Shown: positions 7,982-18,406, numbered from the stretch's first letter. The stretch is DNA of 64,000 nucleotides from an uncultured bacterium (GCA_964483805.1 CAZADH010000003.1:6414-70413); one strand, 5' to 3'. Notes: generated by a model from the letters alone, not told the origin. Numbers and translations are program-made.

Positions 7982-10900
7982 TCAGTTTGCGTTCTTCACT
8001 ACTCTGAAGCCGGTCCACCGACTCTTGTAGGTCGGCGAAACACCGTTTCGCCAAGCGGCCCGGCAGTATTCGGCACCGTTGTCGATGCTGCCTCCCCTGT
8101 AGACCCGGCCACTGCCGGACGATGGGCCACGGGGATCGGCTGCACTGCCGCTCTCGTATTGCGTCGCGTACCAATCCCAGCACCACTCCCACACGTTTCC
8201 AGCCATGTCGTAGAGGCGATTCGAGTTTGGGCGGGACGTCCCGGGCACGTGCGTGGTCGCGCCACTATTGGTCGAATACCAGCAGTAGGCACCATCTATT
8301 GAACCGCCCCAGAAATAGGCAGTGGTTGAGTTCCCGCGATACGAGCCCTCCCACTCAGCTTCGGTTGGCAAACGATAACCGTTCGCATCCCAGTCGCACG
8401 TCACAACGTCACCAACGGCAATGGAAGTGGCGCCGGCCTGGTTTCGGTAGGCAGGAACACAGCCAAGGCGCACGCTCAATGCATTGCAGAAATTAACTGC
8501 GTCGAACCACGAAACCTGCTCAACAGGGCGAGACAGATCACCCGTGAAATACGATGGATTGACCTCTGTCACCGCTTTGTACTGCGCCTGGGTCACTTCA
8601 GTCGTCGCCATCAGGAAGGCCCGACTGATAGACACCTGATGTTGCGGCCCTTCGGAGCTTGACCGATTTGACTCGTCCGCTGGGCTCCCCATCGTGAACG
8701 TGCTCGCTGGAATTTGAACGAAAGCCATCGAAGCTCCGCCTCCGAGATCAGCTACACTCACTCCAGCCAGTTTCGCAATCTCCGAAGGAGTAAGTTGACG
8801 GTTGAAGACGCTGACATCATCAATCTCTCCCTGAAAGTTAGTTCCTGCATAGAACGAGGAACCAAGACGCATCCCCGTCAGGGCTGGGGCTGTAAGCATG
8901 CTTCCTGTATAGGAATTGCTGGCGATGAGAACCCCGTCCAAGTAAGTTGCCATCCCCTGTGAACCCCACGTCCCGACAACGTGAAACCAGCGTTCCACCG
9001 TAGGTACCCTGCCAGTGTCGGCCCATCTCCACCCCAATGGAGGTGGCGCGTAGACCCCGAACATCAGAGTATTCCCGCCGAACGCACCAATACTGAGGAG
9101 ATCACCCGTGCTTGTGATGCCAGAAAACACGTGAAGACCTTGCGTGGCCGTCCGAATCCAACTGGTCGGTTGGAACCACATTGAGATGGTTCCTGCCGTG
9201 AAGCCATTGATGATGGCAGGAAGGCCACCCTGCTTGTTACACCATCAAACGAAAAGGCGGAATTGACTCTGCCCCAACGGTCGATCGCAGGTGTCGTGTT
9301 CACTGCAACTCCGTCACGCCCAAGCCCTGATGCATCATTCGCGTTGCCATCCAGTGGATAATGAGCGACGAGGCCATCCGTCACGCCAATGTCCGTGCCA
9401 CCGTTAGTTCCCGTGCCTGCCTGCGCCGACAGACGGGTTACCTTCACTTCCTTATACCCCAGCCATACATTGTCTGCGACATTCGTCATCACACAGAATC
9501 CAACAGTCTTGGTCATGCCGACGGGAATCCAGCTGATGTCGAAGTCTGCACTCCGCATCTGCACCGAAGAATCGATGTTCAGAAAATCGTGCCCGTGGCT
9601 TGTGGAGTCACAGTAGGAGTAGAAGTAATATTCGGGGGAACCCGCCCCTACCGAAAGAGCGGGAACCCCAATGCGAATGGTCGTCGAACTGGTCGCGAGT
9701 CCGTCAAGGGGCGTCACCTGGCCATTCGAGACCGTCTTGAAGTCGAGATCAGGGTGTCCGACGAGACCACCCCGAGCCACATTATCAAAGACATCGCCGA
9801 TTGAGTTCCAGTCGATTAGCGATGCCTTTGCTACCAACGTGAACCTTGTGAACATCACGGGCATCTGTCCTTGACTCGGATTCAGTCGCATCTCGACAGG
9901 TTGGATCTGTCCGTTGGTGAACGTGGTAGACCGCTCAATGCCAGGGTAATTCGGGTCGTAGAACCAGATGGTTGACCCGTTCGCGCGATAAACAAGCAGC
10001 GCGTGTCCGTGACCCCCCTGCGCATCCGCTACCCCGAGGAACAGGGGTGCCTTCGTCACCCGCAAGGCTGCTTTCATAGCAGCAAAGGTAATCGTATGAT
10101 TCAGATCGAAACCCGTGCCGTGCACAGACGATGATTTCTGGAGGCGCGAGCAAAACCTGATTGTTTGGGCGTCATCCTGCCAGGCCACCTTGGTGGAATC
10201 CGAGTTCCAAACCGTCGTGCCGTTGGTCCAGAAGTTGTAGAGGGACTGCCCGCCTCTCCCATATCTCTCGTAGTACCAAGCGGCACCGAGCGTCATGCCC
10301 GTGCAGATACCACCTTGCGACAGACTCGAACCGCAATTCTCAGTTCGCCATCCGTCACGCTGTGGCCGAAATCCCGTGTCGACGTCGGGCGAGATGACGT
10401 CAGCGATCGGAAACGCGATCACCGCGATCGGGAGAATCGTGGGGAGAATCGTCACCAACCCACGTCGACTCGGAGAGGTCGACGAGTTGACCTGCGTGGA
10501 AAATGTGAGCTGTCCGTTTGAATAGCCGGTCACAGGCAGCACCGTGACGGCCCCCGTCGTCGGGTCGGTCTGGACCGCAAGCGCAATCTCATCCTGACGG
10601 GCGGTTGTCGGTACGGTGATTGAGACGGGACCACTACTCGGAACACCGGTTGATTGAACGACAATAGCAGGGGCCACTGGTCGTCCAGTGCTTATCGGCA
10701 GAGACAGCGAACTGACGCTTGCACAACTGACCTGGAGCTGGGTCGGCGTCGAAAACGCACCGGCGGGAATGTCAATCTTGAGCCCGGTCAGCGGTGATGC
10801 AGCAGTAACCGTAACGGTCTGCGTGCCCGTGGAAGCGCTGATTTCTTGCACGACCGTTGGCGTCTCAGTCACCACAGTCGAGAACGGGACACCATCAGTC

Positions 10901-11460
10901 TGCCACAAACTGAGCAGGCTTTCGACGGCGGCCGAACTGGCTCTATCAACTCGGGAAATGAGCGGAAACAACTGGCCACAGGCACCCATGCGAACCTTTG
11001 CGAACAAAACCGGGTTGGCAACGACATCGGCAATGCCATGAAAATCTGATTGGCCTGCAATTTGCCCACCCTCGACACGGATGGAGGCGATTGTCGGCAG
11101 TGCCAAGATCTGGAACGTGGCCTCGACAACACCATTCGTGACCGAGACCGTTTGCGAAGCCACGATTGTCGGTGTGGCCATGTTGCCCGGTTGAACAGAC
11201 GTGATTACAAAGGTCACGGTCGGGTTTGTCGTGGTCGTCGCAACCTGAAGGGACGCTCGCCCATTGTATGAATCAACCTTGAGAGAAAACCTCAACGCCG
11301 CATGCCCAACGTTAACAGGACTCGTTACCAAACCCTGGATTTGACCGGGAGAATCCGAAAAAGATACCCCAGTGGACTCCTGGGGCAAACACCCCGCCAG
11401 CACGAGCACAAAGACAATACATACGCCCACGAGGGCGATCGTGAGGATCCTCTGTTTCAT
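7982..11460 (-). pseudogene. Frameshifted gene for a ~1160-aa surface lipoprotein: lipobox signal peptide + Ig-like/beta-rich region + C39-like cysteine peptidase domain + LamG (concanavalin-like) domain + FGE-sulfatase (formylglycine-generating-enzyme family) domain
   Basis: ORF 9064..11460 (signal ...VLVLAGC; CTGMTLGAAWYYERYG ... GGHGHALLVYRANGSTIWFYDPNYPG resembling C39-like peptidases) ends inside a LamG domain (...SFDGVTSRVAFLP). The domain continues in another frame (AIINGFTAGTISMWFQPTSW...) into ORF 7982..9181, which ends with FGE-sulfatase motifs (GYRLPTEAEWE...YDMAGNVWEWCWDWY...RGGS). A single-nucleotide indel near 9215-9218 restores one reading frame. Confidence 0.7.
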
Positions 11461-11480
11461 GGTCGGTCTCCGGGTTGAGT

Positions 11481-11905
11481 GAAGTTACCGGGGGTAACTA
11501 ATGGGGTTCTGGCACCACGATATCATAAGACGGCGGCGGGGTGCTCGGACCACCGAGACAGATTCGCCGACAGGGGATTGTATGCACATGCATACTGCCA
11601 CTCGGGACATTATTCCCACGGAATACCACGTCACCAGGGCGCCAACGTCAGCGCCAGTCACCTGGGGTTGCCTCCGGTTACCTGGTGAATCTACAAACAG
11701 GTAACCGTCATTGACCCCATTGGGGGACCTATGAACAGACGGAACGCAACAACCATAAGAAGATAGATTACCTGGGTTACCTATTTCTTTCATACATACC
11801 CTATACGTATGGGCGCTCTCTCCGCCCCCCCCCCCGACCACGTGCGACATAATACGTATAGGTGGGTGTGTGCCTGCCGAAAACAGGTAATCCAGGTAAT
11901 CCGGA
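11481..11905. promoter_or_regulatory. ORF-free region B upstream of the lipoprotein gene with clustered CAGGTAAC/GTTACC boxes, including palindromes GTTACC-N3-GGTAAC (11484..11498) and GTTACCTG-N13-CAGGTAAC (11677..11705)
   Basis: Further boxes at 11767-11782 and 11884-11900; paralogous arrangement to region A; contains the presumptive promoter of the 9064..11460 gene. Confidence 0.6.
11825..11835. repeat. Homopolymeric C11 (G11 on the coding strand of the downstream gene) tract
   Basis: Eleven consecutive C at 11825-11835 inside regulatory region B, ~365 bp upstream of the lipoprotein start codon. Confidence 0.8.
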
Positions 11906-12002
11906 GCAGGCAGGGTGGTGCCTGATGGCTTCGGTAGCAGATCCACAAACATTACCGATTGCCGGCGAGAGATGGGTAATCAACGGAGAATCGTGCTTTG
12001 CC

Positions 12003-12617
12003 TTACTTCAGGAACGGCAGCATGAGCCGGCGCACGTCGGCGACGACGGCGGCATCGATGGACTGCAGTTCCTGGATGATTCTCGGCCAATTAGTTGGAT
12101 ACAGGAAGCGAGTGTGAACAACCTTGATGTCGAGAGAACGAATCCTATCCATTAAGCGGTTTTCGCCCTCAGCAAGTTCCTTCTTGTAACCACTGCCGAT
12201 GATGACAACACCAACCCGGGTCTTCACAAATGGATGGGCGGCCAACGCGTCAACATGGGCCCGGATCTTCTCCGGAATGCTCGACCGTATCTCGTCTTTG
12301 TCTTGTCGTTCCATGCGGAGCGGTATCGGAGAGATGTCTGCAAAGGCAATCGGGCTACGCTCGTTGCCAGGGCCGTTGCCAAGTAACCGAGCCTTCAACT
12401 CTCGGGTAGACAACTTGGGATCAAGCAGTTCGCCGATCAACTTGTGCGCTGTGTTCCAGAACCCGCACCTTGGTGTGCCTTTAAGATCGTAGGGGCCAAT
12501 GTCCGGGCCGCCTTCGCCCAAGAAATTCGCTTCTCTCCCCACCACGAGAATCATGTTTTTGAAACCTGGCACCAGTTGGCCGTCGCCCAGAACCGAGATC
12601 ATTGGATGTTTGCTCAT
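12003..12617 (-). CDS. Hypothetical protein (possible Rossmann-like C-terminal half)
   Basis: 204-aa ORF in an operon-like arrangement downstream of the sigma-54 activator; no confident domain assignment. Confidence 0.45.
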   Translation of the reverse strand: MSKHPMISVLGDGQLVPGFKNMILVVGREANFLGEGGPDIGPYDLKGTPRCGFWNTAHKLIGELLDPKLSTRELKARLLGNGPGNERSPIAFADISPIPLRMERQDKDEIRSSIPEKIRAHVDALAAHPFVKTRVGVVIIGSGYKKELAEGENRLMDRIRSLDIKVVHTRFLYPTNWPRIIQELQSIDAAVVADVRRLMLPFLK

Positions 12618-12689
12618 CCGACCCTCCTCTCCTATGTTGAAGGTGCCAACGAAATTCGCACATGGCGATCCGTCGCGCAGAACAAGGGT

Positions 12690-12949
12690 TCACTCCAGCG
12701 CCACTTTGATGACAACCCGCCGTTCACCTGGAAGAATCTCGATCTTCTCGATCTTTCCAGGCCACTCGTCAAAGGTCATCCGCTCAACGAATCGGCCGCT
12801 GTCAGCGTCGATGAGGCGCAACAGATCGTTCGCAGAGGCACGCCGCGCAGGAACAGATGACCCCTTCCGGTTGGTCTTCACAACAACCTCGTAATCCCCC
12901 TCGTTTCCGAACACGAAATGATACTCAGGCATGATGGCCCTCCGTTCAG
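12690..12949 (-). CDS. Hypothetical small protein
   Basis: About 86 aa (MTERRAIMPEYHF...); lies between the activator gene and the 12003..12617 gene on the same strand. Confidence 0.35.
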
Positions 12950-12972
12950 TCATACTTTGGGCGTTGATCGGC

Positions 12973-14604
12973 CTACTCGTTCGCCAAACGTTTTCGCAAG
13001 GTGTTCTCCGCCACATCCAGTGTCTTTGCAAGCGTCTTGATCGGAACATGACTCCACCGCTTCCGGACAGCACCTACATACTTTCGCATGACGGCATCAC
13101 ACGTGGCAGGTTCCGGCAAGGTCGCAACAAGTTGGTTGATCGCCTCATCCACCGTGCCCGACGGACAGTTCGTTGCAAGCGCAGTGCCGGCCCGTGGCTC
13201 TGACCGGCCTGAAGCCCCTTGTCGGGACGGATCCGTTCCGCAGGAAGTGCGTTTGGCGTCCTGCATTCGTTCACGAAGCTCATCGATGACGTCTCTGCTC
13301 TTGCCCAATTGCAGGTGGACCTTCACAACCGACACAAGTTCACGAAAGTTGCCGGGCCACGAGTAGCCCTTGAGAACATCGAGATTCCGAGTGAAGAAGC
13401 TCAATGCCTCATCGACGGTGATATGGCGTTGTCCCTCGCGGATGTATTTACGAAACACTACATGTCTTATGACACGAATGATGTCATCGGGCACATCGCG
13501 CAGGGCCGGGGTGCGGATTACGACGTCGGCGATTCGAAAATAGAGATCGCGACGAAGCGTACCGTCGTGCAGCATATTCTGCATGCGAGGCTGGCCAGCA
13601 GCGATGATGCGAACATCCGCTTGCTTCTCATCAGTCCCACCCACCTGGCGGTATCTGCGTGTTTGCAGAAAACGCAGCAAATCCGCCTGCACGGCTGGGG
13701 GCATGTCCGGCAACTCGTCGAGGAACAGCGTTCCACCGTTCGCCTCGCCGATTAACCCTTTGGTTGTGGAGTGCGCCCCGGTAAATGCACCCTGCACATG
13801 CCCGAACAGCTCGGATCGCAGGATCTGCTCCTGTAGACCAGCACAGTTGATCGCAACGAACTTCTTGCCGCGACGCCGACTGAAGTCGTGCAGAAAGAAC
13901 GCCGCGGCTTCCTTGCCCGTACCCGTTTCCCCGATCAACATCACCGACAGGTCGCTTGACGCTACTGAAGCGACTTCGCTCTTGAGGCGGTTGATGGCCG
14001 GAGTGCAGCCTGCAAGGAATGGCAGGCCCGCCTCATGATAGTGTGCCACCGCCTGTTGGAGCGTAGGGCCGATCTGTTTCTGAAACTGATCGCTTCCCGC
14101 CAAACGCCTTACTGTCTCAACTGCATCACGCATCAGCGACGGAGATTCAAACTGCATTAGACATCGATCAGCCAGGTAGTTGAGGATCATGAACAAGGCC
14201 TCTTGATTACTGGCGAATGCCTTGCACACAGGCGTCCACGCGGAACCTGGTCTGAATAGCCTTTCCCCGGCGGTGACCAGATCCGGAGCAATGGAATTGC
14301 GCACACCAATCCCCTTGAAAAACGAGGCGTTCAGCCTGCCATACTTGTCCGACCCAACCCACGTGACATCCGCCTTCCTTGCCAGGTTCTTCAATAGACG
14401 CCGTGACTCGTCGATCCGGCGCACATCTTTCAGAAAAATCACGATCTCGCGAGCAGGCGGTTTCTTGCACCACTCAGGCAGAACCTCCAAGATTGCTTTG
14501 CTGCCGACGTTCACGATCTTGTCGGTCGGAACGTAAACCATCGCAGCGGCGATTAGCCCCTCTGCGTCAGGACTGATTGCGAGTATCCGATCGCGTGGTG
14601 CCAT
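12973..14604 (-). CDS. Sigma-54-dependent transcriptional activator (bEBP, NtrC family) with an atypical ~230-aa N-terminal sensory domain
   Basis: AAA+ sigma-54 interaction domain with Walker A (GETGTGKE), the GAFTGA motif, an arginine finger and a C-terminal HTH. The N-terminus is not a canonical receiver. ATG 14602-14604 with AGGAG RBS preferred over the GTG at 14634. Confidence 0.85.
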   Translation of the reverse strand: MAPRDRILAISPDAEGLIAAAMVYVPTDKIVNVGSKAILEVLPEWCKKPPAREIVIFLKDVRRIDESRRLLKNLARKADVTWVGSDKYGRLNASFFKGIGVRNSIAPDLVTAGERLFRPGSAWTPVCKAFASNQEALFMILNYLADRCLMQFESPSLMRDAVETVRRLAGSDQFQKQIGPTLQQAVAHYHEAGLPFLAGCTPAINRLKSEVASVASSDLSVMLIGETGTGKEAAAFFLHDFSRRRGKKFVAINCAGLQEQILRSELFGHVQGAFTGAHSTTKGLIGEANGGTLFLDELPDMPPAVQADLLRFLQTRRYRQVGGTDEKQADVRIIAAGQPRMQNMLHDGTLRRDLYFRIADVVIRTPALRDVPDDIIRVIRHVVFRKYIREGQRHITVDEALSFFTRNLDVLKGYSWPGNFRELVSVVKVHLQLGKSRDVIDELRERMQDAKRTSCGTDPSRQGASGRSEPRAGTALATNCPSGTVDEAINQLVATLPEPATCDAVMRKYVGAVRKRWSHVPIKTLAKTLDVAENTLRKRLANE

Positions 14605-14623
14605 TGAGATGCTCCTGGTCAAG

Positions 14624-14644
14624 AGTGTTATCACAGAATAACAC
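14624..14644. promoter_or_regulatory. Perfect palindrome GTGTTAT-N6-ATAACAC overlapping the 5' end / promoter region of the activator gene
   Basis: 7-6-7 inverted repeat seen directly; ~20 bp upstream of the preferred ATG. Confidence 0.5.
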
Positions 14645-14806
14645 CACGGTTGCCGAGAGCATATTTTGATGTGTTGCCGCAGTTTCTGCCCACCCTGTCA
14701 TAGTCTAGGAGTTCGTCCCCGAAAACCTCCGCGACTGAAGGTTCAGTCGCAGAAGGCCCATTTGTTCACATGCGGTGACATCCAGCTCGGTGAACGAGCG
14801 ACCGAC

Positions 14807-16369
14807 TTAGCTTTGGCGAAGGGCCGACAAACCCGCCAAGAGTCTTCTTCCTGCCACAACCGCCGAAGGGTGGGCGCGCGTCGCACACGGAAGACCGACT
14901 AATTCTGCGGTCGCCCGCTGCCATTCGGACAGTGTCTCTGACGCAGCGCTACCGCACCCGGACCGAACGGCCTGAGCCGCCTTCTTCTCGCCCTCAGGCT
15001 CTTCCGTATTACTCTCTGCAACCCCTTGGATTACGGCTCTCGGAAGCCCCAGCACGCGCCCTGTGAGGACCAGAGCCGACGATCTGCTCCGCCTCAGGAT
15101 CAGGCCGGCACGAACGGCATACTCCCCACCGATCGCACTGATAATCCGATCGACGAGTTCATCCCGCCTGCTGGCGTCCACGTCGAGATCCAAGGATGGG
15201 ACCACAAGCCGTTTGCGGTCAAGAAACGTGCCGGTCCCAGGGCCTCGACCAGCGGAACAGTCCGCAGTCAGCCCGAGGACGAAACCAACCAGGCATGATC
15301 CCGCCGATCGGTGAGGAGGGAGCACCGCGATATCCATTGCTTTAGCGACGTCCAAAATCTTCGCACCAAGAATGAAATACTCTGTAAGGCCGAGGTCGTC
15401 GATGGCACGCAGTTCGGTTTCGAGCAGGCGAAGGTGCGTGTGGCCAAGGCCGCGCAGACTCAGACCAGCACGGCAACGCTCGGCCAACTCGCTGAGTAGG
15501 TCGTTGTCAAAGCGCAGCTTGGGTAGCGTGAGCGTTCCCAGATCGAGGTCGACAGAGCACAGATCTGCAACGCGTCGTGAGTTGGCCAATGCTTCCGGGA
15601 TGTCGCAGAATGTTGCAGCCATTTCCTTGCCAGACTTCAACCAGAACTCATCGGTGGGGAAGTGAACTCGGGTGGGGTCGTCGATGGTCGCTCCTGTCAC
15701 GCCTGCCAGCAAGATTTCGTGGGCGCGGGCATGCTCCCTTGTCACATAGTGCACGTCGTTGGTGGCCACGACGCCGACCCGGAGGCGCCTGGCGAGCCCT
15801 AGGAGTTGCGGCATCAGACCTCGTTGCTCAGGAATACCATGGTTCTGGAGCTCGATAAAGAATCGGTCGCGCCCGAACAGGCGGGTCCATTTTTCGAGCG
15901 CAACCTCAGCATCTTTCTGCATTCCTCGCAGGAGAAGACCTGGAATCTCTCCCCACAAACATGCGCTAAGCCCAACCAATCCGCGACAATGTTGCGCCAG
16001 GAACTCGAACTCGACATGCGGTCTCGACAAGGAACCGCGATGGGCCCGGGTCACCAGCGCAATCAGGTTTTGGTAACCAGTCGAATTCTCGGCCAGCAAT
16101 ACAATGTGTGTCACGCTGATCGGGGGGCACGCCTCACTCCGTTCGCTGCCAACCGTCAGCTCAATGCCATGAATCGGTTTGATTCCGCGTTTCTTGGAGG
16201 CAACGTGGAAAGCCACCGACCCTTGGAGCGTGTCATGGTCGGTCAGAGCCAGAGCGGACATTCCCATTGATGCGGCCGCATCGGCAAGTTGGCCGACTCT
16301 TGCGGTGCTGTCGCCCATGCTGTGCTCGCTGTGAACGTGAAGGTGGACGAAATCGTTACTCGTTCGCAT
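14807..16369 (-). pseudogene. Truncated DNA polymerase III alpha (DnaE/DnaE2-like) N-terminal fragment: PHP domain plus the beginning of the palm
   Basis: HLHVHSEHSMGDS...LALTDHD PHP metal-binding motifs; ORF is only ~520 aa versus >1000 aa for DnaE and stops with no downstream continuation in any frame. Confidence 0.6.
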
Positions 16370-16630
16370 GGTCCCTCCGTTGCGTTCTCTCGTCGTCACC
16401 ACCCAGCCAAGCAACTTTCGGGCCACGCAAGATCTTCAACTGGAATTCAGCGAATCGCTGCACTTCGCCGGCCTTGAGCGGCGACAGGTAGGTGCGCGGC
16501 GCGTCGCTGGCGAGAGCAATCGGCGTGATGTGCGCCGCTATCCGGTCCAATGCCTAGATGCCCCGCCTTGCTGCAACAGAGCCGCATAGTCATCGGCAAC
16601 CGTGCAGCAGGTTTGGGCCACTACTTGACC

Positions 16631-17644
16631 CTACTCAAGATCTTCTGCCGGTTGAGGAACAAACACCTTCTTCAGAGGAATGATGCTCTTATACGCTGAA
16701 TCCATCTTGTCATAGTATCTGAGCACCAGGTCGACCAGTTCCTGCCCGTCAACCAAGCGCAGGTTGCTCTTGCTTCTGGCAAAAGCTCTTGCCTGGCTGC
16801 TGAACGTGCTGAGCGAAACGAGCAGGCCATACTCTGTTGAGGCGACTTTGCCGTACAACGCGGAAACGGCTGGATCCCCAATCGTTCCGTCATTGCTCTT
16901 AACCTGCACCTTCACAATTGGCGGAACAAAGCCAAGTTCGTCCGTGTGTGCGATGATGTCAACGCCACCATCTGGTCCTTCGGGAGAAACCCTCGTGTGG
17001 TAGCCCATTAACCCGAGAATGTGGGCGACAAACTCAGAGAATGGATGCCCCTTCAGCTCCTGAGAGAGTTGTTTCAGAATGAAATCACGCGTCGTTTCCT
17101 CGATCTCTGCCGCCACTGGCGCAATCGTCTCGTCAACGTCAGGATCCACGATGTCTGGTTTTTCCTTGGAGTCCATGCGCTTGTAAATCTCGTCTGCATA
17201 GTTTCTTATCTGAAAAAACGACATCGCCGAACCCATCTCAAAAAGGGCCCCTTGAGAAAACGCAGTCCTCGGGATCGCCCTCAACCACTGGACTTTCCTT
17301 CGATTTGGATATCTTGGAACCAACTCAGTCGAAAACTCGTAGCCACCAACGACCTTTGCAACGTTGACCGTCCGATCATGCCTTCTGGGATAGATAACCA
17401 AGTCTCCCACCTTCATTTCATGAACAAAGCGATAGAGTTGGCCCGCGTAGTTTGCTATCGCCCCTTTTTTGACAGCCGCGTATGCTTTTTTGATGGCCTC
17501 TTTGAATGCGTCCCTGGACTTGCCAATTGAGGAGAGGTCCCCGAGCTCAGCCCAGCCCAAAGCGACACAGGGCTTTGTCATGAACAAGCCGTCGGCGTCA
17601 CCCACACGTCCGCCATGGATCCCCCACACAGTTTGTGTTGTCAT
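16631..17644 (-). CDS. mrr: Mrr-family type IV (modification-dependent) restriction endonuclease
   Basis: Mrr_N-like winged-helix N-terminus and Mrr_cat core (GYHTRVSPEGPDGGVDIIAH ... VKVQVK) with the PD-(D/E)xK arrangement; start at ATG 17644 (AAGGA RBS) preferred over 17680. Confidence 0.75.
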   Translation of the reverse strand: MTTQTVWGIHGGRVGDADGLFMTKPCVALGWAELGDLSSIGKSRDAFKEAIKKAYAAVKKGAIANYAGQLYRFVHEMKVGDLVIYPRRHDRTVNVAKVVGGYEFSTELVPRYPNRRKVQWLRAIPRTAFSQGALFEMGSAMSFFQIRNYADEIYKRMDSKEKPDIVDPDVDETIAPVAAEIEETTRDFILKQLSQELKGHPFSEFVAHILGLMGYHTRVSPEGPDGGVDIIAHTDELGFVPPIVKVQVKSNDGTIGDPAVSALYGKVASTEYGLLVSLSTFSSQARAFARSKSNLRLVDGQELVDLVLRYYDKMDSAYKSIIPLKKVFVPQPAEDLE

Positions 17645-17949
17645 TTCACAGTTGTCCTTTGCATGATTGCAGGCCATCATACGAGATACATACGTCGATG
17701 GCCATCGATACGCATCCCATTGGCCCCATGCAATCGTCGGAATTCACCTGTTTCGAGAACACAGGGGCATTTGACGTGGCGCTGGACGCTTTCACCATCC
17801 GATGGGCACATCGAATGTTGCTCGTTGGCAGATCATAAATTGATGTTGCGTCGTCACTCGCTCCATGAGGCGAATGCACGTGCATGTGCGGATGGAAACC
17901 GCGTTTTCATTCGTGATACCATCGAACTAGACGAAGGAGAGGACGCCAG

Positions 17950-18375
17950 ATGAGCTTGAATGCAGCCCCGGCCAAACACCGCACCCAGATCACCGGCAAC
18001 GTCGGCTTGTACTACGTCTGCTACAAGCTTTCACGGATGGGCTGGAACGTTCTGCCCACCTCAAGGAACGCCAGGGGCATCGATATCATTGCCTACAGCC
18101 AGGACGCCTCGCGTTACGTGGCGATCCAGGTAAAAGCGTTGAGGAAACGGAATCCGGTGCCGCTGGGCAAAGACCTCGACAAGATCATGGGCGACTTCTG
18201 GGTGATCGTGAACAACCTGGCCGGCGAACCTGCTGCGTTCATCCTGAGGCCCAAAGAGGTAAGGAAGCGTGTCCATGAAGGTGTGAAGAACGGAGTGAGG
18301 AGTTACTGGCTTCAGCCAAAGCAATATGATGTAGGTCAATTCCGTGAGGCCTGGCATAGGATTGGGCCGGGATAA
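17950..18375 (+). CDS. Small PD-(D/E)xK-type nuclease-fold protein (hypothetical)
   Basis: 141 aa; GIDIIAYS ... YVAIQVK resembles the D...(E/Q)xK motif of restriction-endonuclease-like folds; GAAGGAG RBS. Confidence 0.45.
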   Translation: MSLNAAPAKHRTQITGNVGLYYVCYKLSRMGWNVLPTSRNARGIDIIAYSQDASRYVAIQVKALRKRNPVPLGKDLDKIMGDFWVIVNNLAGEPAAFILRPKEVRKRVHEGVKNGVRSYWLQPKQYDVGQFREAWHRIGPG

Positions 18376-18406
18376 TTGTGACCGAGAACCAAGGCGGAGG
18401 ATCGAC

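Noticed and set aside
11507-11527. TGGCAC motif (ttctggcaccacgatatcat) as a possible sigma-54 -24/-12 promoter
   Set aside because: It is on the plus strand, the wrong orientation for the minus-strand genes. The -12 position reads TATC rather than TTGC. No convincing -24/-12 was found on the minus strand by eye, so the link between the activator and the lipoprotein promoter stays hypothetical.
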